A DNA stretch of 51,819 nucleotides from Alphaproteobacteria bacterium (lineage in GTDB: Bacteria; Pseudomonadota; Alphaproteobacteria; RF32; CAG-239): contig JAFTYO010000008.1 of the NCBI GenBank assembly GCA_017464685.1, positions 1 through 51,819 on the forward strand, in the 5' to 3' direction. Below the pieces are notes generated by a model. It searched no databases. It was not told where the DNA came from and saw only the letters and a list, made by a program, of their open reading frames with translations. The translations under genes and the position numbers were made by a program. This document shows, in pieces, positions 1 through 9,562 of this stretch; position 1 is the first letter of the stretch; each line of letters starts with the position of its first letter.

Positions 1-657
1 GTGTACAAAAGGCGTACACAAGCGAAAAAACACCGATTAGATGTGGCACAATTTGGAAGAAGTATGGTGGAGATGCTTGGAGTGTTAGCCATAATCGGAG
101 TTTTATCGGTTGGTGCTATTGCCGGTTACTCAAAAGCGATGTTCAAATATAAACTTAACAAACAAACCGAGCAATTGAGCCAATTATTAAATACATTATA
201 CAGACACAAAGCAAGTTGGGGGAAAAATCCACCTTCAATGAATTTGATACCTTTTTTTGAAGCATTGGGAGAAATACCCGAAGATATGATTAAGGATAAT
301 TCCGAGCATATTTATGATGTGTTTAATTATAGAATAGACCTACGCACAAATGGTTGTAATCCCTTATGTAATGAGGTTATTATCCACTATTATATAGATG
401 ATAATATTGATGTTTGTTTAAATATGATTAATACGGCAAAAAAATTTTCAGATAATTTAGGAAGCATGATATTCGCTAAAGTTACCTCTGATAATGATAT
501 TGCGCAATATACTGATTTTTACCATGGTAATAAATCTTGTACAAGCAACAAAAAATGTCTTAAGGATATGAATATGAATGATATTTATGAGCAGTGTAAA
601 TTTTTAAGTGATAGTACACGAGGTTTTATTGCATTTTTATACAATATAAGTGACTAA
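1..657 (+). CDS. Type IV pilin-like / prepilin-type protein (true start uncertain, may lie upstream of the window)
   Basis: G|RSMVEMLGVLAIIGVLSVGAIAGYSKAM class III signal-like helix with Glu at +5; Cys-containing variable C-terminus; paralog at 2731..3360. Confidence 0.85.
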   Translation: MYKRRTQAKKHRLDVAQFGRSMVEMLGVLAIIGVLSVGAIAGYSKAMFKYKLNKQTEQLSQLLNTLYRHKASWGKNPPSMNLIPFFEALGEIPEDMIKDNSEHIYDVFNYRIDLRTNGCNPLCNEVIIHYYIDDNIDVCLNMINTAKKFSDNLGSMIFAKVTSDNDIAQYTDFYHGNKSCTSNKKCLKDMNMNDIYEQCKFLSDSTRGFIAFLYNISD

Positions 658-716
658 GAATAATTCTGATTATAGCAAATTTATCCCTTCAAGGGGCATT
701 ATAACAGTTTAAATAC

Positions 717-746
717 AAAAAAGGTGGGAAAATCCCACCGTTCTTT
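717..746. terminator. Intrinsic terminator between the convergent pilin and pepF
   Basis: A6-GGTGGGA-aaa-TCCCACC hairpin with T-rich right flank. Confidence 0.75.
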
Positions 747-2558
747 TTACAGTAAGCCTTCCTCCTTGGCCAACTTTTCGATTTCATCGATATAATCGGT
801 GATAACCGAAAGGCCGTTAGCCCAAAAGTCCGGACTGTCAGCATCAATGCCGAATGGCTCAAGCAAGCTCTTGAAGTCTTCGATACCTGTATTTGACAAC
901 ATATCAATGTACAGGTCCGCAAAGCTTTCTTTGAGCTCAAACTCGCTGTTTTCTTCCCATTTCTCGTAGGCTTTGATAAGGTTGTTGACAACCAAACCCG
1001 CAAAAGCGTACGAGTAAACATAGTATGGCATACCGAAAATATGCGAGATGCCCATCCACATATGGTCTGCGTCTTCACCAACATCGAAACCTAAGCAACG
1101 AGATGCTTCTTCCCGCCAAATCTGATTCAATCTGGCAGTAGAAAGTTCACCTTTCTTGCGTTCACGATGAGTTCTCTCCTCGAACTTGTAGAACGAAATC
1201 TGCCTGTGGATAGAATTTATCATATCCCGAACATGTGAAATCAGCAGAGCCAGTTTCTCTCGATTGTTTGTAGCCTTTGAAAGCTGCTGTTTGAACAACA
1301 GATTTTCAGCAAACTCGGAAGCGACCTCAGCCAAACCCGTAGGAGTTGTATCGTTTAAGACTCCGACCTGAGCCGACAGCAGATGATGTACACCGTGTCC
1401 AAGCTCATGAGCAAAAGTGTTTGCATCTCCCGAATTACCAGTGAAGTTGAGCAGAATATAAGGCCATTCACCCCTTATACAGTATGCTCCGCTGGTCTTA
1501 CCCTTATATGTCGGCACATCAATTATGTTGGCATTGACAATCTGTGCCGCATACATTGCATATTCAGGCGAAAAATTGGCATAGGCCTCAAGCACCTGCA
1601 TTACACACTCCGGCCAAGTAATCTTCTTGTCGGCAACCTCAACCGGATTAAAGTTACGGTCCTCATACTTGATGCCGTCAACTTTTGCGAGTTTAGCCAT
1701 CAGTTTGTAGAAACGCTGTGAAATAGGCACATACGAATCCACCACCTCATTAACCATCGCAAGCAAATCTTCTTTGCTGATATGGTTGTGATGCAAACTT
1801 TCGAGTACCGGCTCATCGTGTCCGTACAGTTCGTCATCAATACCCTTATCCTTTAATATCATGTTATAGCACATGGTCAGGACACGAGCATTTTCTTTGT
1901 ACACACGATTCATCTCAACGAGCGCCTGATGTCTGTCCTCAGCCGACTTCGACCTCATTTTGGCACTGATTTCCGCCTCATTGAGTACCTTCTTCTTGAA
2001 CTTGAACTTCATACTTGCACAAGTTTCATCATACAATCTGTCCCAAGATGAAGACACCAAAGACTTCTTGTTGATGATAAAGGTTGCACCTTCGGATAAT
2101 GCCCAGTAGCCGACAAACAGCGACTGTAACCACGAAATCCAGCGATGAAGCTTAGGATGATTCAAGAATTCAAGTTTCTTGAAATCCGGCAACGCATTGA
2201 GTTCATAGTGAATAAAGCTCAATGCCTCGAAAGCCCGAGAGACATCTTCGTTTACCTTTGACTTGAACTGTGAAACCTTTTCATCTGTCTTATGCGTATC
2301 AGAATACAGAAACGCAAAATATGACAACTTGCGGCTAAGCTCAATGATGGTCTCATACTTTCTGAGCAAAATGCTGAGTTCGTAAGGCTCCATCTCAACG
2401 ATTGTACCACGATACATCGACACTTCTTTGGCCAGCTTTTCAAACGACTTCAAATCAGCTGCAATCTGCGGATCGTCCATATTAGCATAAAATGCAACAG
2501 ACAAATCCCAATTCGGCAAACTGTTTGCCAAATTGATAGAAATTGTTGAATTATTCAT
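747..2558 (-). CDS. pepF: M3B oligoendopeptidase F family
   Basis: N-terminal WDLS, HELGH zinc motif, EVASEFAE, C-terminal H..YVYSYAF; 603 aa. Confidence 0.9.
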   Translation of the reverse strand: MNNSTISINLANSLPNWDLSVAFYANMDDPQIAADLKSFEKLAKEVSMYRGTIVEMEPYELSILLRKYETIIELSRKLSYFAFLYSDTHKTDEKVSQFKSKVNEDVSRAFEALSFIHYELNALPDFKKLEFLNHPKLHRWISWLQSLFVGYWALSEGATFIINKKSLVSSSWDRLYDETCASMKFKFKKKVLNEAEISAKMRSKSAEDRHQALVEMNRVYKENARVLTMCYNMILKDKGIDDELYGHDEPVLESLHHNHISKEDLLAMVNEVVDSYVPISQRFYKLMAKLAKVDGIKYEDRNFNPVEVADKKITWPECVMQVLEAYANFSPEYAMYAAQIVNANIIDVPTYKGKTSGAYCIRGEWPYILLNFTGNSGDANTFAHELGHGVHHLLSAQVGVLNDTTPTGLAEVASEFAENLLFKQQLSKATNNREKLALLISHVRDMINSIHRQISFYKFEERTHRERKKGELSTARLNQIWREEASRCLGFDVGEDADHMWMGISHIFGMPYYVYSYAFAGLVVNNLIKAYEKWEENSEFELKESFADLYIDMLSNTGIEDFKSLLEPFGIDADSPDFWANGLSVITDYIDEIEKLAKEEGLL

Positions 2559-2607
2559 AATAGAAAAAATTAAGAATTAATTGACATAATTTTATTTTAC
2601 TATTATC

Positions 2608-2636
2608 ACAATAGCTTTATTTTATAGCAAAGTCAA
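2608..2636 (-). promoter_or_regulatory. Sigma70-type promoter of pepF
   Basis: TTGACT-17 bp-TATTGT on the minus strand. Confidence 0.55.
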
Positions 2637-2730
2637 GAAAATTTGTACATATATTTACATTTTTGGCTATTCTTATTTTAATCCACTTGAAACTTACATT
2701 TTTCTTCTCTTCTATCTATCATCTCAAAGT

Positions 2731-3360
2731 TTAAGCACTACAACTGAATAAATAAGCGATACTGCAGTGGTTTGAGTTAATGCATTTATCACACATTTCT
2801 TGTATGTTCGCTAAATTTAGGGTGCGTATACATTGACCTGAATTTACACAGTGTGCATGAAAATTACCATAATACCATTGTTGTGGATTTTCATTATCTA
2901 TTGAATTAGCATTAATACCTAATGCATAAATTTCATCACCAAACCCTTTAACCACATTAAAGATATTTATACAACTTTCATAGTTTTTGCTATCCTTATC
3001 TGAGAAACTAAAAACAAATTGCACAAAAGTATCGACCTGACGCGAAATACTTATAGGAATATTAAAAACATCATATATATAAAATTCATTAGTTCCTTTA
3101 ATCATTTCTGTCGGAATAATATTTAATGTTTTATAATAAGGGAACAAATTTTCACCGGCAATCGTAGAAGAAAAAAACGATTTATGTTCTATAAGACCGG
3201 ATAATATTGTAGTTATTTGTTCAGTTTGCTTATTAAGCTTATATTTTTCCATCGCCTTTGAGTAACCTGCAATACCACCAACAGATAAAACTCCGATTAT
3301 GGCTAACACTCCAAGCATCTCCACCATACTTCTTCCAAACTCACAAACTTTTCTCATCAA
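2731..3360 (-). CDS. Type IV pilin-like protein
   Basis: FG|RSMVEMLGVLAIIGVLSVGGIAGYSKAM; AGGAG RBS at 3365-3369; shares IPxxMIK..IYDVFN with 1..657. Confidence 0.85.
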   Translation of the reverse strand: MMRKVCEFGRSMVEMLGVLAIIGVLSVGGIAGYSKAMEKYKLNKQTEQITTILSGLIEHKSFFSSTIAGENLFPYYKTLNIIPTEMIKGTNEFYIYDVFNIPISISRQVDTFVQFVFSFSDKDSKNYESCINIFNVVKGFGDEIYALGINANSIDNENPQQWYYGNFHAHCVNSGQCIRTLNLANIQEMCDKCINSNHCSIAYLFSCSA

Positions 3361-3386
3361 CTAACTCCTATAATATATTTTGAGCT

Positions 3387-3514
3387 CATCATAAACCGTT
3401 TTTTTTTGCAATTTATACGAGTCTTCTTTGTGGATATTTAGTCATTTATGATGTGTGTCTCTCAATATCGTCATTTCTGCGCCTGATCGCTAGCGAAGAT
3501 TAAACGCCGGTATC
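3387..3514. repeat. Dispersed ~125-bp repeat shared with 38906..39029, ending in a degenerate REP-like palindrome
   Basis: Direct alignment: catcataaaccg-Tn-gcaatttatacgagtcttctttgtggata...ctctcaatatcgtcat...tagcgaagatta.acgcc. Confidence 0.92.
3388..3411 (-). promoter_or_regulatory. Poly-A spacer promoter, copy 1 (A9; 12-bp spacer)
   Basis: Minus strand TTGC-A9-CGGTT-TATGAT about 28 bp upstream of the pilin start; same core at 24400 and 38907. Confidence 0.8.
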
Positions 3515-3754
3515 AAGCAACTGTATGACTATATTGAGAAAAGCACCGCTACATCATATTATGATTCTATATATGTTACTGCTATCAAAACTGCTGAAAG
3601 AATTGACTGCGAAAACATTGATGATACTGACGGAGGAAATTGTGCTTTATCTGTTAGGCATGTGTCAGGAGATGCCGGATTAACACTTTCTATACCTGAA
3701 AATGTTGTACCTGACCATTATCAAGCTACTGTTATTCTTACTGCTACTTATTAA
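3494..3754 (+). pseudogene. 5'-truncated DUF4402/Csu-pilin-like gene fragment
   Basis: Open frame without ATG or signal peptide, ending LTLSIPENVVPDHYQATVILTATY*, resembling the 38372 C-terminus LSIPTDVKAGEYTGSFIVTYTY*. Confidence 0.7.
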
Positions 3755-3789
3755 AAAAACACTATCTTGGTGCAGTATTTAAAAATATC

Positions 3790-3817
3790 AAAAAGCCTCG
3801 CAAATGCGAGGCTTTTT
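3790..3817. terminator. Bidirectional intrinsic terminator
   Basis: AAAAAGCCTCGCA-aa-TGCGAGGCTTTTT. Confidence 0.85.
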
Positions 3818-3820
3818 GAT

Positions 3821-4330
3821 TTACCATTCAACCGGCATATCTCTTACCTTTTTAGGCATTTTGCCGGTATACAATATGCAAGTTAAGGCGTGTCTTTCAA
3901 GGTCATCATTATAGACATCCCAGACATAAGGGCTTGAGGCATAAAGCTCAAACGCAACCACCTTATCTCGCAATTCTTCAGGTATTTGGTACAACACCTC
4001 ATAAACCGAAGGCTTGATAAACAACGGATAGCCGCACTTGTGATAAGTGGTAATTTTGGCTATCTGCTTTAGGCTTGAAGCTCTGCCATACACTTCGTTG
4101 TTTGCAATGAAAGTGTAGCTCTGATTAAAAATCTTCCCGCCGTCCATCCAATATTTGAGTGGTTTCGGGTCGTTATAAATACTGAGCCTTCCGTTTTCAT
4201 CTTTGCTGGCAACAGGTCTGATGCGTTTTGCAAGCTCCAAGGCTTTTTCTTGAGGGAGTTGTTTCTCAAGATATTCAAGCTGTGCTCTGATTTGAATGAT
4301 GTTCTGGCTTTCGCCGATGGTTTTATTCAT
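3821..4330 (-). CDS. Hypothetical protein (likely start MNKTIGES at 4330)
   Basis: ORF with own terminator; the upstream ORF extension lies in AT-rich promoter DNA; no family recognised. Confidence 0.7.
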   Translation of the reverse strand: MNKTIGESQNIIQIRAQLEYLEKQLPQEKALELAKRIRPVASKDENGRLSIYNDPKPLKYWMDGGKIFNQSYTFIANNEVYGRASSLKQIAKITTYHKCGYPLFIKPSVYEVLYQIPEELRDKVVAFELYASSPYVWDVYNDDLERHALTCILYTGKMPKKVRDMPVEW

Positions 4331-4434
4331 AATTGACAGATTTATATGTTTATGAAAATAGATATACATTGGTTTTGACAAAAAAGCAAGATGTTTTTTT
4401 AAAAATTTACATACCTTACTTGTATTGTTTTTCT

Positions 4435-4462
4435 TTGACAGCAACATTATTTTATTTATGAT
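4435..4462 (+). promoter_or_regulatory. Sigma70 promoter of the mla operon
   Basis: TTGACA-16 bp-TATGAT. Confidence 0.65.
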
Positions 4463-4497
4463 AAAAATCTGTTACATCCTATCGGAGTGCTAAAAAT

Positions 4498-5604
4498 TTG
4501 GGTGATATAATTTTAACATTACAAGACAAAACCTTAACACTTACTCTCAAAGGCAATTTTATTGATTTTGAGGACGGTAAATTATACCAAAACATTGCAG
4601 GTTATTTACCTGAAAACATCATTATCAACGGACTTGAAATCAACAAATGGGATTCTTCACTTTTGCTTATATTATTTAACTTAAATAAATATGCGAATGA
4701 AAACAACATCAAAATTGAAAATTTATATATGCCGCAAGGTCTTATAAAAATGCTAAAGTTGGCTTTGGTCGTCCCCGAACATATAAACCGAGAAACTATG
4801 CCTGCAAATGAAAGTATATTGGAAAAAATCGGCGGTTTCGGTTTAAATGTATGGCAAAATACCCTAAAAGGAACAATTTTTATGATGACCTGTTTTAAGT
4901 CCTTATGGCTTTTTATAAGACGAAAAAGCTCCGCTCGTAAGACAGATTTTTTATTTGCTTTTGAAGAATGCGGACCCAACGCAATGTCTATTGTGGCTCT
5001 GATTAGTTTTATGGTCGGGCTAATTTTGGCCTTTGTCGGTGCCATACAACTTAAAAATTTCGGTGCACAGGTTTTTGTGGCCGATTTGGTAACCATCGGT
5101 ACAATTCGTATTATGGGTGCCATTATGGTCGGTATTATTATGGCCGGCAGAACAGGCGCTTCGTTTGCCGCCACAATCGGCTCAATGCAGGTAAACGAAG
5201 AAATTGACGCCTTAAAAACAATGGGTATATCGTGGGCGGAGTTTTTGGTTGCTCCTCGTATGGCATCACTTGTAATTGCCATGCCTTTTTTAACCATGTG
5301 GGCTGATTTTTTCGGTATTTCAGGCGGTGCTTTTGTCGGGATTTTGGCTCTTGATATTCCGGCAACCGAATATTTTAATCATGCTTTTAATGCTTGGAGT
5401 ATGAAAAACTTTTGGGTAGGAATTTTTCACGGATTTATCTTTGGCTTTATCATTTCGCTTTGCGGTTGTTACTATGGTATAAATTCTTCCAAAAATGCCG
5501 ATGGTGTAGGAATTGCAACAACCAAAGCGGTAGTATCCTCTGTTGTGTGGCTGATTGTAGCAACCGGTATCATTACCTTTGTTTTTGAAAGGCTCGGAAT
5601 ATGA
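4498..5604 (+). CDS. mlaE: MlaE-family ABC permease with N-terminal STAS-like domain
   Basis: AGRTGASFAATIGSMQVNEEIDAL motif; multiple TM helices. Confidence 0.9.
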   Translation: MGDIILTLQDKTLTLTLKGNFIDFEDGKLYQNIAGYLPENIIINGLEINKWDSSLLLILFNLNKYANENNIKIENLYMPQGLIKMLKLALVVPEHINRETMPANESILEKIGGFGLNVWQNTLKGTIFMMTCFKSLWLFIRRKSSARKTDFLFAFEECGPNAMSIVALISFMVGLILAFVGAIQLKNFGAQVFVADLVTIGTIRIMGAIMVGIIMAGRTGASFAATIGSMQVNEEIDALKTMGISWAEFLVAPRMASLVIAMPFLTMWADFFGISGGAFVGILALDIPATEYFNHAFNAWSMKNFWVGIFHGFIFGFIISLCGCYYGINSSKNADGVGIATTKAVVSSVVWLIVATGIITFVFERLGI

Positions 5605-6365
5605 AAAGTAAAATTGCGGCAAAAAATATGGATATCGGTTATGAAAAAAAAGTTATTATCAAAAATGCAACTTTTGAAGTAAATAATAATGATATTTTTA
5701 TCATAATGGGCGCTTCCGGTTGCGGTAAAAGTACAATGCTTAAAGTATTAACCGGTCTAATGCCGCCATTAAAAGGTAATTTTTACATTGATGATATCGA
5801 CTATATTAAAGCAGATGAACAGACCAAACTCGAAATTATGAAAAAAGTCGGTGTTTTGTATCAAAGCGGCGGGTTGTTTTCTTCCATGACTTTGGCCGAA
5901 AATGTGGCTTTACCTTTGCAAAAATACAGCTCATATTCTAAAAAAGCCATTGATGATTTAGTCAGTTTAAAACTGGCTCTTGTCGGTTTGGACGGTTATA
6001 ATGATTATTATCCGTCACAAATAAGCGGAGGAATGAAAAAACGAGCCGGCCTTGCAAGAGCCTTAGCGCTAGACCCCGAAATTGTATATTTTGATGAGCC
6101 TTCTGCCGGTCTTGACCCTTTGAGTTCGGCACGACTTGATAATTTGATGCAGGATATAAATCAAAATCTTAAAACCACATTGGTTGTGGTTACTCACGAA
6201 TTGTCATCTATTTTTGCCATCGGTACAAACTCCATTTTTTTAGATGCAAAAACTAAAACCGTAAAAGCAAGAGGAAACCCTGCTCAAATATTAAAAAATC
6301 CGCCCAATGAAGATGTTTATAATTTTTTAACACGAGGAAAATATGATGAAAAAAGAGCCGAATAA
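5601..6365 (+). CDS. mlaF: MlaF-family ABC ATPase
   Basis: GASGCGKS Walker A, ISGGMKKR, DEPSAGLDP. Confidence 0.9.
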   Translation: MKSKIAAKNMDIGYEKKVIIKNATFEVNNNDIFIIMGASGCGKSTMLKVLTGLMPPLKGNFYIDDIDYIKADEQTKLEIMKKVGVLYQSGGLFSSMTLAENVALPLQKYSSYSKKAIDDLVSLKLALVGLDGYNDYYPSQISGGMKKRAGLARALALDPEIVYFDEPSAGLDPLSSARLDNLMQDINQNLKTTLVVVTHELSSIFAIGTNSIFLDAKTKTVKARGNPAQILKNPPNEDVYNFLTRGKYDEKRAE

Positions 6366-7134
6366 AAAACGCATTGCCATGTTTATGATTTTAGGACTTT
6401 TAATCATTTCGGCCATAATCTTAAAAAGTGTTGCCGATAACTTTTTTACACATCGAACAAATTTGGCCGTTATGTATTTTAACGAATCCATTAAGGGATT
6501 AAACATCGGCTCTCCCGTGGTGTTTAAAGGGGTGCAGGTAGGAAAAGTCGTTGATATAAAAATCATCACCAATCCGGAAACTTTAGAGTTTAACATTCCG
6601 GTATATGTTCGCTTTGCCAAGGACGGTGATGTCAGCTCTTTAAGTTTTTATAAAGAAATGAACAAAAAAGATGTGTGGAAATCGCTCGTAAACAAAGGAT
6701 TAAGGGCAAAACTCATTTCTCAAAATTTGCTTACCGGTCAACTGATGATTGAGCTTCAGATGTTACCCGATACTCCGATAGAGTTAAAAAAGCCCCATGA
6801 TGATAACACTTTGGAAATTCCGACCGCTCTTTCAACCGTTGCCGGTTTATCAAAAGATTTGCAGGATTTACCGATTAAAAAAATTGTCACCAGACTTGAT
6901 AATATTTTGGGAGAGCTTGAAACAGAACTTCCGAATATATTACCTCGCTTTGCCGAGCTCGGCAAAAAGCTAAACACTTACACCGATAAATCAATACCGG
7001 CAACCAATCAGACCTTAAATCAACTGAGTACAACTTTAAAAGATGTATCAGAGGCGGCTAAATCTATCAAAAATCTGGCGGATTATTTAGAACAACACCC
7101 TGATTCGATTTTGAAAGGAAAGAATAAACCATGA
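6343..7134 (+). CDS. mlaD: MCE/MlaD-family protein
   Basis: TM helix followed by GLNIGSPVVFKGVQVGKV MCE motif. Confidence 0.88.
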   Translation: MMKKEPNKKRIAMFMILGLLIISAIILKSVADNFFTHRTNLAVMYFNESIKGLNIGSPVVFKGVQVGKVVDIKIITNPETLEFNIPVYVRFAKDGDVSSLSFYKEMNKKDVWKSLVNKGLRAKLISQNLLTGQLMIELQMLPDTPIELKKPHDDNTLEIPTALSTVAGLSKDLQDLPIKKIVTRLDNILGELETELPNILPRFAELGKKLNTYTDKSIPATNQTLNQLSTTLKDVSEAAKSIKNLADYLEQHPDSILKGKNKP

Positions 7135-7688
7135 AAAAATTTTTGTACGTTTTAAGTTTTTTATTTATTTCGGGTTGCTTTTCTACTCCGAACAGCAATT
7201 TTTATATGTTGCAATCTTTAAGTCAAAAAACGGTTTCGGATAAAAAACTCCAATTACAGATTTATGATATTTCAATACCCGAATATATTGATAAACCGCA
7301 AATTGTTTTGCAAGAAGCAGATTCACCCGAGCTTGAAATTTCCGAATTTAATCGTTGGGGCTCCAATTTAAGTTCTATGATAAAAAACACCCTAATCAAT
7401 GACTTATCCGTTAATTTGCCAAACGCAAAAATTTTGCCTCTGGCTTACGGAATAAACACACAATATGTCGTAAAAATTCAAATCGAAAAATTAAGCGGGT
7501 GGTTAAAAGATAAAGCAATTTTAAAGGCAAACTGGCAAATCTTAAATGCCAAAGGGAAAGTTTTGGCTTTTCAAACTTTTACATTTGAAGAACAAGCCGG
7601 AAAAACTTATGCCTCTTATGTTAAAGCTCAAAGCAAACTCTTGGCCGATTTATCCTTTGTAATTGCCGATAAGTTAAAAAATATGTAA
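7131..7688 (+). CDS. PqiC-family ABC auxiliary lipoprotein
   Basis: Lipobox FISGC; IPEYIDKPQIV; follows the MCE gene. Confidence 0.8.
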   Translation: MKKFLYVLSFLFISGCFSTPNSNFYMLQSLSQKTVSDKKLQLQIYDISIPEYIDKPQIVLQEADSPELEISEFNRWGSNLSSMIKNTLINDLSVNLPNAKILPLAYGINTQYVVKIQIEKLSGWLKDKAILKANWQILNAKGKVLAFQTFTFEEQAGKTYASYVKAQSKLLADLSFVIADKLKNM

Positions 7689-7689
7689 T

Positions 7690-8142
7690 TTATCGCTTGC
7701 TTTGAAAAAAAGCCTTTAACATTTTTGCCGATTGTTCGGCTAGCACCGATGATACAACTTCAGGTCTATGATGACAGGTTTTGCTTTGATAAAATTTTGT
7801 TCCGCTGACCACCGCTCCGCCTTTTTCATCAATTGCACCAAAGACAAGTTTTCTGATGCGAGCAAACGAAATGGCAGCCGCACACATGGCGCAAGGCTCT
7901 AGTGTAACATATAAATCAAGTCCCCAAAGTCTTTTAGCTTTGAGCTTTTTGCAAGCTTTACGCAAAGCTAAAATTTCGGCATGAGCGGTCACATCTTTGC
8001 CATATTCGGTTTTGTTATATGCTCTTGCAACAATTTTGCCGTCTTGCGGGTCAACTATAACGGCTCCAATTGGCACTTCATCAAAAATATAAGCTTTTTT
8101 TGCCTGCTCCAATGCTTTTTGCATATATTTAATCTCAGTCAT
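7690..8142 (-). CDS. tadA: tRNA adenosine deaminase
   Basis: EVPIGAV, HAE, TLEPCAMC. Confidence 0.9.
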   Translation of the reverse strand: MTEIKYMQKALEQAKKAYIFDEVPIGAVIVDPQDGKIVARAYNKTEYGKDVTAHAEILALRKACKKLKAKRLWGLDLYVTLEPCAMCAAAISFARIRKLVFGAIDEKGGAVVSGTKFYQSKTCHHRPEVVSSVLAEQSAKMLKAFFQSKR

Positions 8143-8212
8143 AAATATCCTTTGAAATTTTAAAAAACTTAAAGTATATTAACCTAAAAGCTAAAAAAAA
8201 GGAAGAAAAAAA

Positions 8213-8935
8213 ATGGCAGAAAGATTGGCAAAATTTATGGCTCGGTCCGGTGTTTGTTCTCGTAGAGAAGCCGAAGAATATATCAAACAACAACGAGTAA
8301 CCGTTAACGGTATAATTGTTGATACACCGGCTTTTAATGTTGAAGGCACGGAAAAAATTTTGTTTGACGGGGAAAAATTGCCGCAAATTGATAAAACTCG
8401 TTTATGGTTATATTATAAACCGGTCGGATTGGTAACAACCCATAAAGATGAGCAAAATCGTGAAACGGTGTTTAATAATTTGCCATCATATATGCCAAGA
8501 GTGGTAAGTGTGGGACGACTTGATTTGAACTCCGAAGGTTTGTTACTTCTTACCAACAATGGTGAACTGTCTCGTGAATTGGAACTGCCGAAAAATGCTT
8601 GGTGCCGTCGTTATCGGGTCAGAGTTCACGGAAGAATTGATACCGCAAAATTAGAAAGCTTGAAAAACGGAGTTAATATAGACGGTATCGAATATGGCAA
8701 AGTTAATGTTACCATTGACAGCCAAAACGGCACCAATGCATGGCTTACGGTCAGTTTGAATGAGGGTAAAAATCGAGAAGTAAGAAAATTGATGAAATAT
8801 GCCAGTCTTGATGTGGCAAGACTTATACGAGTTTCGTACGGCCCTTTCCAGTTAGGCTCGTTAAAAAAAGGCGAAGTTAAAGAAGTGGCGCAAAAAGTTT
8901 TGCAGGAACAACTCGGCTCAAGGTTTAAGTTATGA
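8213..8935 (+). CDS. rluB: rRNA pseudouridine synthase, RluB/RsuA family
   Basis: S4 domain (RLAKFMARSGVCSRREAE), GRLDLNSEGLLL. Confidence 0.85.
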   Translation: MAERLAKFMARSGVCSRREAEEYIKQQRVTVNGIIVDTPAFNVEGTEKILFDGEKLPQIDKTRLWLYYKPVGLVTTHKDEQNRETVFNNLPSYMPRVVSVGRLDLNSEGLLLLTNNGELSRELELPKNAWCRRYRVRVHGRIDTAKLESLKNGVNIDGIEYGKVNVTIDSQNGTNAWLTVSLNEGKNREVRKLMKYASLDVARLIRVSYGPFQLGSLKKGEVKEVAQKVLQEQLGSRFKL

Positions 8936-9474
8936 AAATTGTAGCCGGAAAATATAAGGGCAAACAACTTTTTGTACCCAAAGGGCTTGATGTTCGGCCA
9001 ACTCTGGAACGAACAAGAGAGGCCCTATTCAGCATTTTATATTCTATGGGTATAAATTTTGCCGACATAGATGTTTTAGATGTGTTTGCCGGTACCGGAT
9101 CCTTTGGTTTTGAGGCTTTATCAAGAGGAGCAAAAACCGTTACTTTTATTGATATAGATACCAAACCGGTGCTCAAAAACGCAGCACTTTTTGAAAAAGA
9201 AAAAAACAAAATCGAAATTATTAAATCTGATATTGCCCATATAAAGTATCGGCATAAAAAATATAATCTGATTTTTATGGATGCACCATATGGTAAAGGT
9301 CTGACCGAACTTGCCGTTCAAAGCCTGATAAAAAAAGATTTAATTGCCGAAAATGCTCTTTGTCTGATTGAAACCCGAAAAGATGAAAACATCAGTTTTC
9401 CCGAATGTTTTGAGCTTTGTGACCAAAGAATTTATGCTCTCAATAAAATTGAGTTCTTCTGGTATAAAAAATAA
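8932..9474 (+). CDS. rsmD: 16S rRNA m2G966 methyltransferase
   Basis: IVAGKYKG, RPT..R.REALF, LDVFAGTGS, DAPY. Confidence 0.9.
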   Translation: MKIVAGKYKGKQLFVPKGLDVRPTLERTREALFSILYSMGINFADIDVLDVFAGTGSFGFEALSRGAKTVTFIDIDTKPVLKNAALFEKEKNKIEIIKSDIAHIKYRHKKYNLIFMDAPYGKGLTELAVQSLIKKDLIAENALCLIETRKDENISFPECFELCDQRIYALNKIEFFWYKK

Positions 9475-9562
9475 TGTCTTTTTGGCAATAATATGTTGAT
9501 ATTTTGAATAAAGTGTGCTACATTTTGTATAAATTCTAATAATTAAAAATGGGGATTATACA

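Noticed and set aside
4485-4493. GAGTGCTAA, the right half of a CIRCE element
   Set aside because: No TTAGCACTC left arm 9 bp upstream; the GGAG serves as the RBS of mlaE
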